Shown here one piece after another: positions 13,642 to 26,848 of a stretch of 64,000 nucleotides of DNA (positions are counted from its first letter, which is position 1; each line of letters opens with the position of its first letter). Source of the stretch: the human T2T-CHM13v2.0 reference genome, Homo sapiens; the NCBI RefSeq assembly GCF_009914755.1, contig NC_060930.1; one strand, given 5' to 3'. Under the pieces are notes generated by a model, which searched no databases, was not told the origin of the DNA, and saw nothing but the letters and a program-made list of their open reading frames with translations. The position numbers and the translations under genes are program-made.

Positions 13642-14322
13642 AATAAAAAGGGGGAATTGTAAAAAGTAAATAGAGGTTCCTCTTCAAAGACTTTCCTCCC
13701 CATTTAATTAGGAATAAATAGTAACTTCTCGGTTAGACGCAAAATGTATTCAAAGACCTGTGCTAACATTCTTAAATATCTGCTAGCCATGATAAAGAAA
13801 TCAATACACTTTATGTTCTTAGCTCCCACAATTTAGCCTAAATATTTGCCCTAGCATGCTTATACTGGTCCAAGCAAGCATTAGGTCACAGCCTATTCCT
13901 CTTCCTTATTTGAAGGTGTTTTTACCTTTCTCAGTATTCCACAAGTTACTTCCTCCTTCCTTTGTTCTCATCTACCTTTACTTCTTTTAAAAAGTTCTAA
14001 GTTGCTAGCCAATCAGGACAAATACAGAATGTAAGGTCCCGTTCTAGCCAGTGGAAACTGGACAGAGTGGTAGGGTGGACACGTCAGGTTATAAATAACC
14101 CTGTCTCCTTTGTTCCTTGTGCTGTCTTGGCAAAACTGCTAGCGAGTGTATCCTTTCTACAGAAAGTATAAAAATGGCCTTGCTGAGTAAATTAAATTTA
14201 TGTTCAAGTGCTATTTCTTTACAGCACCGGGGAACAAGCATTTCAAACAATTGTAAGGTTTGTTTTGGGAAAAAACTGTTATTGTGTTTGTTTCAAAGCT
14301 GAACTGTAAACTAAGTTTCTCC

Positions 14323-14748
14323 TGTTAAAGCGAACTAAATATGGCCTGAGAAGGGACTCTGTACTTCTATATATGAGGCCATGTGGACGAACTGCAACCT
14401 AGTTTAATAGGTAGACAATATTGAAAACCTAACTTAGGAGTATGTGCCTGTAACAATAGCTGAGTCTTAGCCAGTCCCAGTAGCCATACTTCAACAATTC
14501 ATACAGTGCTGAGTATTCAAACTGTGTTCAAATAAGGCAAATGCCAACCTGTAACCAATCCAGCCATTCTGTACCTCACTTCTGATTTCTGTATGTCATT
14601 TCCCATTTTTGTCTATAAATCTTCCACCATGTTGCTGTGCTGGAGTCTCTAAATCTGCTGTGATTCTGGGGGCTGCCTGATCCATGAATCTCTCATTGCT
14701 CAATTAAACTCCTTTAAATTTATTTTGGCTGAAGTTTTTCTGTTATCA
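14323..14748 (+). mobile_element. MER57 LTR (5' LTR)
   Basis: TGTTAAAGCGAACTAAATATGGCCTGAG...TCA, followed by tRNA-Leu-like PBS CGGTATCAGAAGTGGGAT at 14751-14768. Confidence 0.85.
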
Positions 14749-17700
14749 GACGGTATCAGAAGTGGGATCCAAAGTAGAGCTTCTAGCAAGCCCTAGGAGC
14801 ATTGAGTGAACAAACAAGGTACCTGCAGGACCCACTTTTGTCCATTAATCTCTCAGAGCAGCTGGGGATGATGGGTAAGCTCCCTCTCTCTCAGATTTCA
14901 GAGCTCCATGGATTTGTGCTTTTTGCCCTCTGAGTTTCTTCAAGCAACTTTCTGATCCAAACTGGGTTTAAGTCACAACAGAATCTGGGCTGGGTCCAGG
15001 AATGGATTTGATCCAGGAATTAACTGGCTTGGATTAAGTTAGAGGCTCCATATATCTGACTTGGTCAGAAAGGAACTGGTATTAAGCAGTAATATTGCAG
15101 GGGTTATAAAATTTGGCTTTTGAAAATTCATGGGGATTTTTGTGTTCTACCCCTTTGTTTCCTTTTGCTTGCATGCTTAGGAAAAATCATTGGCTAAGTC
15201 AACCAAGAGAACCTGAGATTAAAGCCAATATTTTAGGTAAAAATGGGATCCTTAATTTCTGGAAAACTGAGTTCTTTCTAGCTTATACATTATGCCCAGA
15301 AGGCAGTGAAGTCTTACAGAAACGGCAAAATCTTACTAAAGGTAACTTACTGTAGAACATTCCAAATGAACAACAATTCATTGAAGTACATTTGAAAATG
15401 AGGGCTCTCAGTAAAGTCCCTTTTGGCTAAGAATGGGTTTGGCACTATGGCATGTTAACCGCTATTCCCTTTGGATTAATCTGTCTTACACTTTTTTCTG
15501 ACAGATATGGGTGACAGGATAAGGCATTTACAGGACCATGGGATATGGGGAGCTTTTTCCTCCCCAAAAGGGGAAACTTGAGACCTGATGGGACTGCTGG
15601 AAAAGATCCCTTTGCTACTGACAAGTGGCTGCCTGAACTTTTCAGTGTCACTGCAGTGGGTAGGTCTTTATCTGGCCTCCTTGAGCTATTCACCTTCCCC
15701 ACCCTGCCACAGGCAATACTTTTCTCTCTCTACTTTTCCTTTCCTATCTTTTCTGTTACACAGGGCAACCATCTTGCCCAGAAACCACGTGTTGAAATTC
15801 CTAGTCAGAGGTTGGATTAAAGATGATGGGGGTCTCATCTGAGGGCAAATTTAAGCCTTGACAGTTTGATATTGGGAGTTAAGCAGAGTGGCTAATGTCT
15901 ACGTTTCATCACACATATTTTGCTCTGGGCAGAACAAAAAAAAGATAATTTTCCTTTTTTATGCGGCTTGGCCCCTAGGTTGATGGTGCAGCAAGCTAGG
16001 TCACTAGGGCTGCTTAGGGAAGCCTAGTATGCTGGCAAAAGTGTTAGAATTCCTAGGTAGTCAGATTTCTGGCTTTTCTCCCTCTTTTTCTCTGTGCAAA
16101 CTGGTTAAATGAGGGGTAAAAAGATACTGCTTATCTCCTCTGTAAAGTTTTGATTAATATGAAAAAATTCTGAGGCTGGTCTTAAGCTGTAGTGAATCTG
16201 GTGTGCTTTGTGTGTCTTTCTCTATTGTTCTGTAATAAAGAGTGGTACCTTAGGATAAAATGCGTGCCTAAAACCCCATAAGCCTGATGTTCAAGATGGC
16301 CCAGCAAAATGTTCAGTTATGTACTTGGGAGATTGAACTTGTAACCATGTGGCCGTGCTTTCTCTTTTCACAATGGTGGCCTGAGTTCAGGGTTCAATCC
16401 CTAGCTTAGGGGATGAGCCTTTCTGGTTGATATTTGGGTGAACTTGGCCATTTTTTGATTCTCTTCCCCTCCACCAGTTGTCTTGAATTTTCCTTTCTCA
16501 AAGCACCTGTGAGGTTACTTTTGGTAAAGTTTAAAAGCCAGAAATATCAGCTGTTTGGCCTGGCTAAAGTTAGGTAATAAGAAATTTTAAAAGGATTTTG
16601 TTAAAGAGTGCTATGGTTAAAAGTCAGCTTAATTAAAAGTGAATATTGAAGCTCTAAGAGCCTGGGACTCCTTGGGAAAAACAGAAGACACCAGAGACCC
16701 TTTCCTGGCCCTGTTCTTTCAAGGACTCCACCCTAAAGCCAGTAATCCAATTAAGAAACTTTAAAACTGGCAAATGAAAAGTCTTACAACTGCTGTAGTA
16801 ATCTTCTTCTGTCTGTGTAGTTATATATGTGTTGTGTGTGTAATGTTTATATATAAGAGCTCTAATTAACTGGCTTAAATCAAAGTGCTTATATAAAATA
16901 TTTGGAAGAAAAAAACTGTAATGACTTTTAGTTCATGTAACTTTAGTAATCTTTGGGAAATAAACACAGCTTTAAAGATTATTAATAAAATAAATACATT
17001 TAGTCTAAATCATGCAGGTCAGATATTAGGTTTGCTTAATGCTTTAAGGCCATAAACTGCTTTGACTTTTGGAAATTACTCAATTTCTTTTGGAGGCATT
17101 AAATTCTAAATAAGGCCTGGGGATATGTGATATTAGCCTTACCCCCTAGCTATGCAAAGACAGTTATAAAGAAAAATGTTTTATATAAGAAATAATATTG
17201 TATGGTAAATTCATGTCCTAAAGTAAAATGATGGTTGTTTAAAAGGAGGGATGTTTAGGACAAGTCAGAAAGTCCAAGTATGTCATAGATGTTCTATTTA
17301 AGTTGCAAAGGGATTTGTAAAGGAAAATTTATGCACCAAAAGTGAAAGTTGCTAAGAATTACCATTATAACATGTAATTAAGACTACTAAAAAAATAGGT
17401 TTACATGCAAGGTGTGTGAGGAGAATGAAATGTGTTTTTGGTAAGAGACTAGAAGAAGGCAGGGAATGTACAATTTTGTCTAGAGAGTTAAAGGACTATT
17501 TTAAATTAAATAAGATAAAGCTAAAGGTCTAAATGAGTTTTGGAAGGTTTGTAAAAATGAACCTTGTAAAAGAAATGATATGTGTGAACATATTAACTAA
17601 ATTTAAAGGAGCACTATGCGGTTTTTCCATAAATTGAACATTGAATAAAAGCAAAACATGGTTTTCTTAAAGCACTAATCTGCTGTTTAACAAAAATTTG

Positions 17701-17826
17701 TAAAGAGTTATAAAAGGTTCATAAAAATCTTGCCTTATGGTCAAACTGATTAAGCTTGGATAGATTTATCTATGACCTTTTATTAAAAATTGGTGCTGAT
17801 ATTAATAGCAACTAATGCAAGGGTGA

Positions 17827-18172
<346 letters not shown>

Positions 18173-19378
18173 TTGTTTGCCTTTTAAATACACTAACAAA
18201 AAAAGAAAAAGAAGAAAAAGAAGGGAAAGACAAAGACAGATTGTTTGGAAAGCTAAGTCTTCCCTCCATTAATGACTAAAGGTTTTGACTTCTTAAAAAA
18301 TTTTGAGTCATCATTTTGGCTAAATGAATAACTTGGGGTGACCTGGAATTCTAGTTAATAATATCAAGTGTTTTAAACCTTTAACATATTTAATAGGCTT
18401 CCCAAAATCAAATTTTAGCTTCAAAATAGTCTTCTTTGGGTTCTGTTTTTTTGTAGCCTGATGCTAACGTTTTCTTAAAGATCTCAAGGACATGTTTTCT
18501 TCTAGCATAATATTCTGTGCAGTACAGAAGGTCTTTTCTTTTCCTTTTAGTAACTGGCCTAACGAATTTTACATTTTACCAAAATAATTCCTATGCTATG
18601 ATTATTGAGTTAGGTTTGCTTAGGAAAAACTGAGATTTAAAAAAAATTAATTAAGGTTATTAGATTCTTGAATCTTCCTGTCATCTCAGACCTGGTAGAA
18701 GATGCCAATCAAAATTAACTGCATTAAAGCCTCATCTTTAATTAACTGCATTAAAGCCTCAAAATTATCTGCGTTCCTGAAACACAGGGTCAGAAATTAA
18801 AGTTATTCAACTCCTCAAGGCCCAGGGACAATCATGGAAGAGGGGGGCATGTGAGATTGTAAGGGCCAATTTTGAGAGATAAAATAAGTTATTTCTCTAT
18901 AAACTAATCATTAATGTCAAAGGCACACTGATGCAAGACCAGCATATGAGCCCCCATGTCAGATTAACAAGGTTTTCATAAAACATTAGATGACTCCTTA
19001 ATAAAGGTTACAAAGGTTATAAAGACTTATGGAAGTTATAAATTAAAATCAAGATGAAATTTTATAGATTGTTTATAAAATTTTGGAAAACAAATTTAAT
19101 TGGCTTCATGCTGTTTTATTAGGGCTTATTGTTTGGAAAATTAGTCTCTCTCAAAGAATGAATGTTTTTGCCTTTTTTTAAAAAAAATCCTTGAGTTATC
19201 ACTTTGGTTAAATGAATGACTTATTTTACAATGACCTGTAATCCTATTTTGTAATATCGAGTGTTTTAAACCTTTGGTAATTGACAAACTTTCCAAAATC
19301 AAATTATAAATTTTGTATCTTTCTGACCTAATTAATCCTTTAAGATGTTATTAATAAGTTCCCTAAACTCCAAAAATA

Positions 19379-19553
19379 ACATATTTCATTTATTTGGTAT
19401 AAAAATTACACAGGAAGCATTGTCAAATATAAAATGGTGTTTGATTTTCTTTGGGTTGTATTTGATGACATATTTGGCTTATTTGGTATAAAAATTATAC
19501 AGGAAGCATTGTCAAATATAAAATGGTGTTTGATTTTCTTTGGGCTGTATTTG
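19379..19553. repeat. 89-bp tandem duplication within MER57-int
   Basis: ACATATTT...TTTGGTATAAAAATT...CAGGAAGCATTGTCAAATATAAAATGGTGTTTG repeated at 19379 and 19468. Confidence 0.9.
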
Positions 19554-20534
19554 TATAACTATGTTATTCGTATGTATTCTAAAATTATGAGAATTTCTAT
19601 AATTTTGATGTGACTTAATGTATGTTATCAGTAATAATTATAATTGTTATGTTAAATTATTGTGTGCCACAAGAGGTAACAAATTTCCTTGTCAATTGTG
19701 TCTTTGAGTATGGCTGCCCTGAAACTTTTTGCCATCCATGGACAATTACTGTCTTGTTTTGGTCCTCTTTAGAAGATGGTTTTATAGTCCTCTATAAACT
19801 CTAACAGGTGCTCTTGAATGCAGGTTTCTGATAACTTTCAAGATTGTGACATCAGAATAGAGGAAAACTTTCAGGACCCATGGAGAGCTGAAATGTTCAT
19901 GAATATCAAGCAGAATAGGAATTAACTTCATGGACTAAACTAGTAGAAGGCTGAAGTAATCTTTTTAAGTTTTGCTTAAAACATTGGTGATCCTTTGTTT
20001 TGCTTTTCAGAGTCAACAACTTGTAAGCTATTTACAAATTTTAACAATTGAATAAAGTATACTCCTATGAACAAAATTTGGAGCATATTTTTTTCTCTCT
20101 ACCTTATTTCTACAGAATATGGAAACTATTTGTGAGGATTCTTATCTTGTGACAATACAATTAGTAGCATAAGTGCAATAAGAATCTGTTTTCATTTGTA
20201 ACAGGACACAGTTGGAGAACTGGTTATTTTACCAAGGCTTTTACTGGAATGGTGTGTTTTCCATTTAGGAATCAAACTTATTGAGCCAATAAAACTCCTT
20301 GGAAAAACTGTCTGCTTACCTTTGTCTACACAGTTCCTGTACAGGGTTCCTGACCTGTGGTAAGTAAGGAATGTACTTTCTGACAAGTCCAGGACCCCAG
20401 GTTTATCTTGGAACCTCAAGAGGAGAGGAATTCACCCAACTCATAGGTATTTAATGGTATAAATACATGACTGGGCTTGGCTTATTCCTTCTATGGAATA
20501 AAGTTCCATCAAGACCAATTTAAGAGCCTATGTA

Positions 20535-20818
20535 GGCCAGGCATGGTGGCTCATGCCCTTAACCCCAGCACTTTGGGAGGGTGAGGTGGGTGGATCACTT
20601 GAGGTCAGGAGTTTAACACCAGCCTGGCCAACATGGTGAAACCCTGTCTTTACTAAAAATACAAAAAAAAATTAGCCAGGTGTAATCCCAGCTACTTAGG
20701 AAGCTGAGGCAGGAGAATCACTTGAACCCAGGAAATGGAGGCTGTGGTGAGCCAAGATCACACCACTGCACTCCAGCCTGGGTGACAGTGTGAGACTGCA
20801 TCTCAAAAGAAAAAAAAG
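20535..20818 (+). mobile_element. AluS with a small internal deletion
   Basis: GGCCAGGCATGGTGGCTCA start, A tail, flanking TATGTA repeat. Confidence 0.9.
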
Positions 20819-21938
20819 TTATGTAAAAATTAATTATTCTTGCTGCACTGTATACAAATAATTAGGCCAAATATAATAAAGCAAATTAGTCCTACTATGG
20901 TTTCTCTTTAGTAAAAATGGGAAACGGGAGAGAGAAAAATTAGGTTCCAAAAACTGTAGTACACCTGTTGTTAGATTCTAGTCTTGCCTAATGCTTTTCA
21001 ATTTTTATTATTTTCTACAGTTTGGATCAAATTCTAATTTTTCTTGGCTAGAAGACTTTAAAATAATGTTTTCATTTTTTTACCTTTTTTCCCATTTTTC
21101 CTAATTCAGAGTCACTGACAACTAAGCTGTGCTTTCATAAAGCCCTGCAAACTGAAGCTAGACAGCTTAAACTTCAGAAGAAAATAACAGCTGCCTTAAT
21201 ATTTGTAGGCCCCTTCCAGATGGAAGGCCCCTTCCAGATGGAAAATTCTATGGCTCTCTAATTTTCCCTTTACTATTCACTGCTTCTCCCTCAAAGATCC
21301 AAATCCTAAGACAAAGAAATGCCTCTCTGTGAGCCAGGTGCAGAGAGGCAGCAGGTGAGTGTACCTTACCTTCAAACAGAGACACCATCCCTTTAATTTG
21401 GTTAAGAAATGTTCATATGAGTGTCCCATAAACACATAGAGTTTTGAATATGTGGCATGGTATTTAGATCCTGGCTCAATAAACACAGTTGTCTTGTCTC
21501 CATCTGTTTGCTTTCCTCTTCTAACCCTGTAGTGTCTAACACCAGATAGCAAGTCTGACACCATTAAGTGTAAATGTTCAAGCAAGACACCTGGTTAAAG
21601 GGTAAGCTACTTAAATATTTGCTCTGAGGACTTGACATGCTTATTGAGCAGAAGGTGAACTAATCCTAGTAATGATTATACAATGGTACTTTGTAGCCAA
21701 TAAGATAAAATTATGCCCCTTATTAAATTCAGTTATTGGATGAGTCAATTTGTCATTGGTTTAGTTTCACTGAATAGCAGCATTGCCACTTCCCTGACTT
21801 TAAGCTAGGTAATTATTTCTTGGAAGGACTGTTCACAACAGAAACGTAATAAAAGACAGGATTGTTTTGTTAAGGAAAAGGAAAGCTCTTTTTGTTGATG
21901 AAAGTTCTGACCAATGATACTTCTCTTTTAAAAATACT

Positions 21939-21998
21939 TAGGTCTTAAGTGACCATGTCTCACTTGCATAGGTTTTAAGTGACCATATCTCACTTGCA
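21939..21998. repeat. 30-bp tandem duplication
   Basis: TAGGTYTTAAGTGACCATRTCTCACTTGCA x2. Confidence 0.9.
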
Positions 21999-22360
21999 TT
22001 TGGTAAATACAATGTACATTCTATTTATTGGGTTTGAATTTACAGAATCATTCAATATCTTCCAAAACTTCGGTAGAGTGTTGGGTTGCATACTCAATTC
22101 CTGCCATCCTCATTCTCAATGAATAGCTGGCCTCCCATTTTATTGACAAATCATGACAAAACTTGATCTCCCTCAGTCCCTGCTCACTGTGTACAAATTT
22201 GTCTCCATCCACTTTTGCAAACTCTTTTCTCCGGAGAGGACATGTCTCTCCTTGTATTCAAGGCCCTTGATTCTATCCTTCACACTTCTCTCCAGACCTT
22301 GCTCTCTAACTTTCTGCACCCCCATATATTCAGCTGCTCTTTCTTTACTAGCTGCTCTTT

Positions 22361-22620
22361 ACCTGCCTTGGCCTCCAGAGTGCTGGGATTACAGGCTTGA
22401 GCTATTACACCTGACTTAATTTATCTATTTTTCTTTTGTCACTCATGCATTTGGTGTCATATCTAAGCCAGCTTTACCTAATCCAAGTTCATGAAAATGT
22501 AATGCCTATATTTTATTCTAAGATTTTTACAGTTTTAGTTTGTACATTTAGGTCTATGATCCATTTTGAGTTAATTTTTGGGTATGGCATAAGAAAGGAA
22601 TTCAGCTTTATTCTTTTGTT
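22361..22620 (-). mobile_element. 5'-terminal ~55 bp of an Alu followed by an old L1 fragment
   Basis: ACCTGCCTTGGCCTCCAGAGTGCTGGGATTACAGGC, then L1-like TTTAGGTCTATGATCCATTTTGAGTTAATTTTTG. Confidence 0.75.
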
Positions 22621-23624
22621 CCCCTCTGTCCTGTTCTGTTGCTATTCACTAACTTGGACTTCAGTCTCAAGCCATGATGAACTGCTTAACTGTGTTGAGT
22701 GAAAGACACAACGAATAGCTGATTACATGTGATACCAAATGGACAATATGCTAGGTGACCCAAGTCATTTCTATTTAGAGGATTGTAGTTTTGGTTCGTA
22801 CTTTGTGTCCACATGTGTAAAAAATCATTAAGTTTACTTCACTATTGCCATTCAAATGGATAAGCCAAAGTGATATATTCTCTTCAGAGGTAGAAGACAA
22901 ATGGGAATGTAGTTATGGTAGCAGTCAGTTAAAATGATAGTACTTTACATCTTTTGTGGAAGACAAGAAGCTTCTTCAAATTCTTCCTAAGAAATACATA
23001 AACAATACATAAACTGAATGGGGGGATAATGGGTTATTTTATATTCTCTCTACATTTTCCAGAATTTAAAAATTGTTTGTAGAGAAAAAATGTTGTTTGA
23101 TGATCAGGAAAAAAATCCAACATTGTTTTACAAACTCATTCCTGGCTTGTTTCACACAGGTCTGAAACCATCGCTTTGTGTGTATGTCAGTTTTGTTGTA
23201 CATTGGATCTATCAGGAGCCAGAAAAGGGTGTGTTCCCTTTACTACTTGGAGCAGGGTCTGCCTAGGATTGAAACCAGAAACAAAGCCTTTCCTGGAGAA
23301 GCTAGCAGGAGCTATCCTGTGCTCTACTTCATTTTACTGGCCTTGCTTTTTAAGCAATATTGGAAAAGCTGCCAGTAGCCCCAAGGTTAGCTCTAGGGCA
23401 AAAGCATCTCTTTCCACATATCTTGTGTGAAGCCCTGCTTAAGCCATGGAAATGGAAAAATGGGTCTGGCATAATTTTTTTCCCTTTGTCAGCTCTGCAA
23501 ACCCAACTGAAAAGTTGAAAGTCAGCAGGAGTCTTCCTCATTGTTATGTGGCACCATAATTCTATTTTCTTCAGCTAAAGGATGTTATAGCTGTAAGGCT
23601 AAAAATATATGCACTGGGGTAAGA

Positions 23625-23775
23625 TAAACCTGGGTTAGTAGCCCAACTTTTCCACTAGAAAAGGATATACTTGGACAGGTTATTCCACTTTCTTGAGCCT
23701 TAGTTTCCCTCTCTGAAAATGGAATAATTATGCTTATACATAGGGCTTTGTAAAAATTAAATATAGTAAATATTT
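23625..23775 (+). mobile_element. MIR
   Basis: Core CTTGGACAGGTTA...GAGCCTTAGTTTCCCTCTCTGAAAATGGAATAAT. Confidence 0.7.
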
Positions 23776-25953
23776 CTAAAATTGTAGCCATTTTAATTAA
23801 TAATTAAATGTAATCTCTATTGACCCTGACCAAAAAAAAAAAGAAGAAAATGCTTTCTATGCTTAATAATAGTGATTTAAGAATATGAAGTCTATTTAGC
23901 TCAGTCTGTATACTTCATAAATAGAAATCAAGACAAATTGAAGCTTTGACACCATCCCTTGTCCATTCCCAAAATAAATTGCCCATTCTGATCCATGTCA
24001 TCTCTGAGACTTACTGCATAGTTAGTAATCATTTTTTGTTTATTGTCACTCAGATATAAGTTGAAATATAATACCCAGTTCTTTTTGGCGGATCTCAACA
24101 GTCCAAGACATAAAGATATATGTCTAGAGACATTTCTGACTTTATATAAAAGATAAGCCTACAAAAAGGCATTTCAGAATGAAGTGTAAAGAACACTGAG
24201 TCTTCAGCAGGTTATTTAACTTCTTGGGCCTGAAATTCTTTATTCCTGAAATGGGAGATTTAGATTAGTTAATCCCTAAAATCTCTGCTTTTTTAAAGCT
24301 CTGTGATTTGTGTCTAGATCTTGAGCCTCTTTTGAAAAACATTAATTACAGGCCAAATGCAATAGAAAATGCTTTAGAAAATGGTGTAGCTAAGGAAGAA
24401 AGGGGTTTGCAGTTCAATAGACCTTGCTGAAATTCTGAATTCTTTCACATTCTAGTTCTCCTAGTCTCCTCATCTAGAAGCCAGTGTTGATAATAGTAAA
24501 GTTGCTGGGTTATTAGGGGATTGGTGATATATAAAAAAGCACGTGGCACTCTTAGATACTCAATTAATGCAAGAATAAAATCTCTATCATTATTGGGACT
24601 AGGACTATTCAATATAACTGATAAATCATTAAGAAAATATAAAATGTTAGCAGCAATATGTAACCCAAGGCAACTGCCGAAACCATTATGATTAAAAATA
24701 TTCATTTATGGAAATTTTAACTGGAGAGTCTCCTAATGGAGTAACATATTAGAGATGTTTAAAAATACACGATAATTCACATCACATATCCTCCAAGAAT
24801 ATAAGTACCTATAATAAATATATGATACAAAATAAACTCACTTTGAAGGTGTTAATCATGTACTGGTATGTACTGGTATTATAAAAGTGCTCAACTGCAT
24901 AATTAAGTCAAATATTTAAAAACTGTGGATAGTAAGACACGTGAAATTGTATACTGAAAATTGCAGCTTCATTGAATTCTAAGGCAGATTGAAAATTTTT
25001 TGAAGATTTATCAACCCGAAGAAAACATGGAACAATTCCTTTTTCTGCTTAAACATAACCTTACTCGTAGCACCAAATAAAGATCATTACATCATTCAGA
25101 AAAAGACATGGGTATTAAGCTCAGAGGTTGACAGGCATGTAGAGAGACAGGAGAATTTACAAAACACGAAGAAAGTATATCAGTTTTGGGAAATATCTAA
25201 ATTCTAGAGGAAGGGTGGCATTAGGTCTGGAATATATGCATGAATGAACTCTTTGCTCTGCAGAGACGGAGGGAGATAACATGTATACATTTGTCTCTTT
25301 ATGAAGTTTTTTCATTGGTGAAGTGAAAATTGGGTATAGAAAACAGGTAGGCTCATTTTCCAAAATACAATATAGTTGAAAGTGTTTTCAGTTAAGTGCA
25401 TCCTAGTGATAACAGACTGGGACACTTACATTTTTGTAATTTTTAATGCCTTTTTAAAACGTGTGATTCATAATGTTAAACAATGCAAAATGTAGCTAGT
25501 GAAAATCCTTTGTAATCTTACCCTCTAGATTTAGAAACTACTAACAATTTGGTGAAAGATTTCCAGATTGTTTCAATTTATGGCTAATATGAGATGATAC
25601 AACAAAGAACATCCTAGTGCATGAATCATTTTGCAATTTGTTAAGTATCTCTGCCTATAAGTAAATTTGCTGGGTCAGAGAATATGCAGTAAAAGTTGGC
25701 CAATAATATGTCTCTATCAATGATGTGTGAAAGTGCTTAGAATATTTTTCATACCTTACACTGATGTTATCAATCATAAATAAAAATATTCAGGATCTGA
25801 GTTTCAACCGTTTTCCAAGATATAATTTAAAATAGAATCTGAAGGAAAATCTGAAGTATTATTAGTATTGTAATGACAGTGTACCTGGTATTTCTTAAAC
25901 AATATTCATTTATTGCTTTTTCTTCCCCTTCCCTGCCTCCACATTTTTTGTAG

Positions 25954-26848
25954 CTGTCTGACTTCACCTGAATGTAGGCTTTAGAAGATTCTATTCTGCT
26001 GGCCAGTGGAACAGAGTCAGTAGAAAATGACACCCTCAAAACTCTGAGTACTTTGAAGACCTTAGAACTCTGGAAAAATAAGTTGAGTCCCTAGTGCTCT
26101 CCCAGCCAGTCTTGAAGTGTTAAAACTAAATGATAACTCAATAAATGTCCTACATGGATCAGATTTTGAAGGACTTAAGAAATTAAAATTCCTCAAACTT
26201 AAAAACAACCTGATCTCTTCCCTCTCTCCCAGCACTTTCTCCTCCCTTGTCAGTTTGCAAAGTTTGATGTTGGATGGTAACAACGTGGAGGCCATAGCTG
26301 GACCCCTGATACTTCCCCATCTGACACATATGAGCCTGGAGAATAATAAGCTACATCTTATACAATAGCTTCTTCACTCTTCTATAGTCTTTGCAATTTC
26401 TCAGTTTCAGTGGTAACTTTCTGACTAAAGTTCCTATCAATCTACCCAAATCCTTGCTATCTTTAAAGATGGAAAGAAACCACCTCAGAATAGTAAGGTT
26501 TTGAGACACAAGACACTTGGAGAATCTTTCCCATCTTTACCTGTCAGAAAACTTACTCTCTTCCATCAATGGGGCACAGTTCCTTACCAATTTAACTGCT
26601 CTTGAGCTGTCCCAAAACCAGCTCCAAATATTGCCCTTCAGACTACCAGTAAAGCTACAAAAACTTGATTGTAGCAATAATCTGATTCAGAGAGTAACAG
26701 CACAAGACTTCCAGGACCTCCAAGACTTGAAACATTCGATTCTGGACAACAACAATGCGAGTTTCTTCGAAGCTGGAGCCCTGCAGAGGTGTTCTCAGCT
26801 CTCCAACCTGGCGCTGGAGCAGAATCTGCTGTTGTCCATACCCCTAAG
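25954..26848 (+). pseudogene. NEPNP: NEPNP large LRR exon
   Basis: Polypyrimidine tract + TAG acceptor (25951-25953); stops at 25969, 25975, 26385, 26502; frameshifts at about 26086 and 26366; donor AG|GTGAGT (phase 2). Confidence 0.92.

Larger units (their letters stand above)
7514..14249 (+). mobile_element. Two-LTR class I provirus with LTR10C-like LTRs (7514-8104, 13658-14249); no gag or RT, but integrase tail and env remnants
   Basis: Two ~590 bp direct repeats TG...CA; degenerate tRNA-Ile-like PBS CGGTGGCAATCCATATGGGGA at about 8108; PPT AAAAGGGGGAA before 13658. Confidence 0.9.
4550..14322 (+). mobile_element. MER4-int non-autonomous ERV1 internal region, interrupted by nested insertions; 3' part and 3' LTR absent
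   Basis: Continuous MER4-group sequence resumes after each nested element (5334, 6481, 14250). Confidence 0.75.

Noticed and set aside
18713-18761. 22-bp direct repeat AATTAACTGCATTAAAGCCTCA
   Set aside because: Ordinary slippage duplication within MER57-int; no functional indication
21280-21354. PKTKKCLSVSQ as the decayed end of nephrocan coding exon 1
   Set aside because: Similarity is too weak, the phase does not fit the 25954 acceptor, and there is no upstream CPxxCxC or signal peptide
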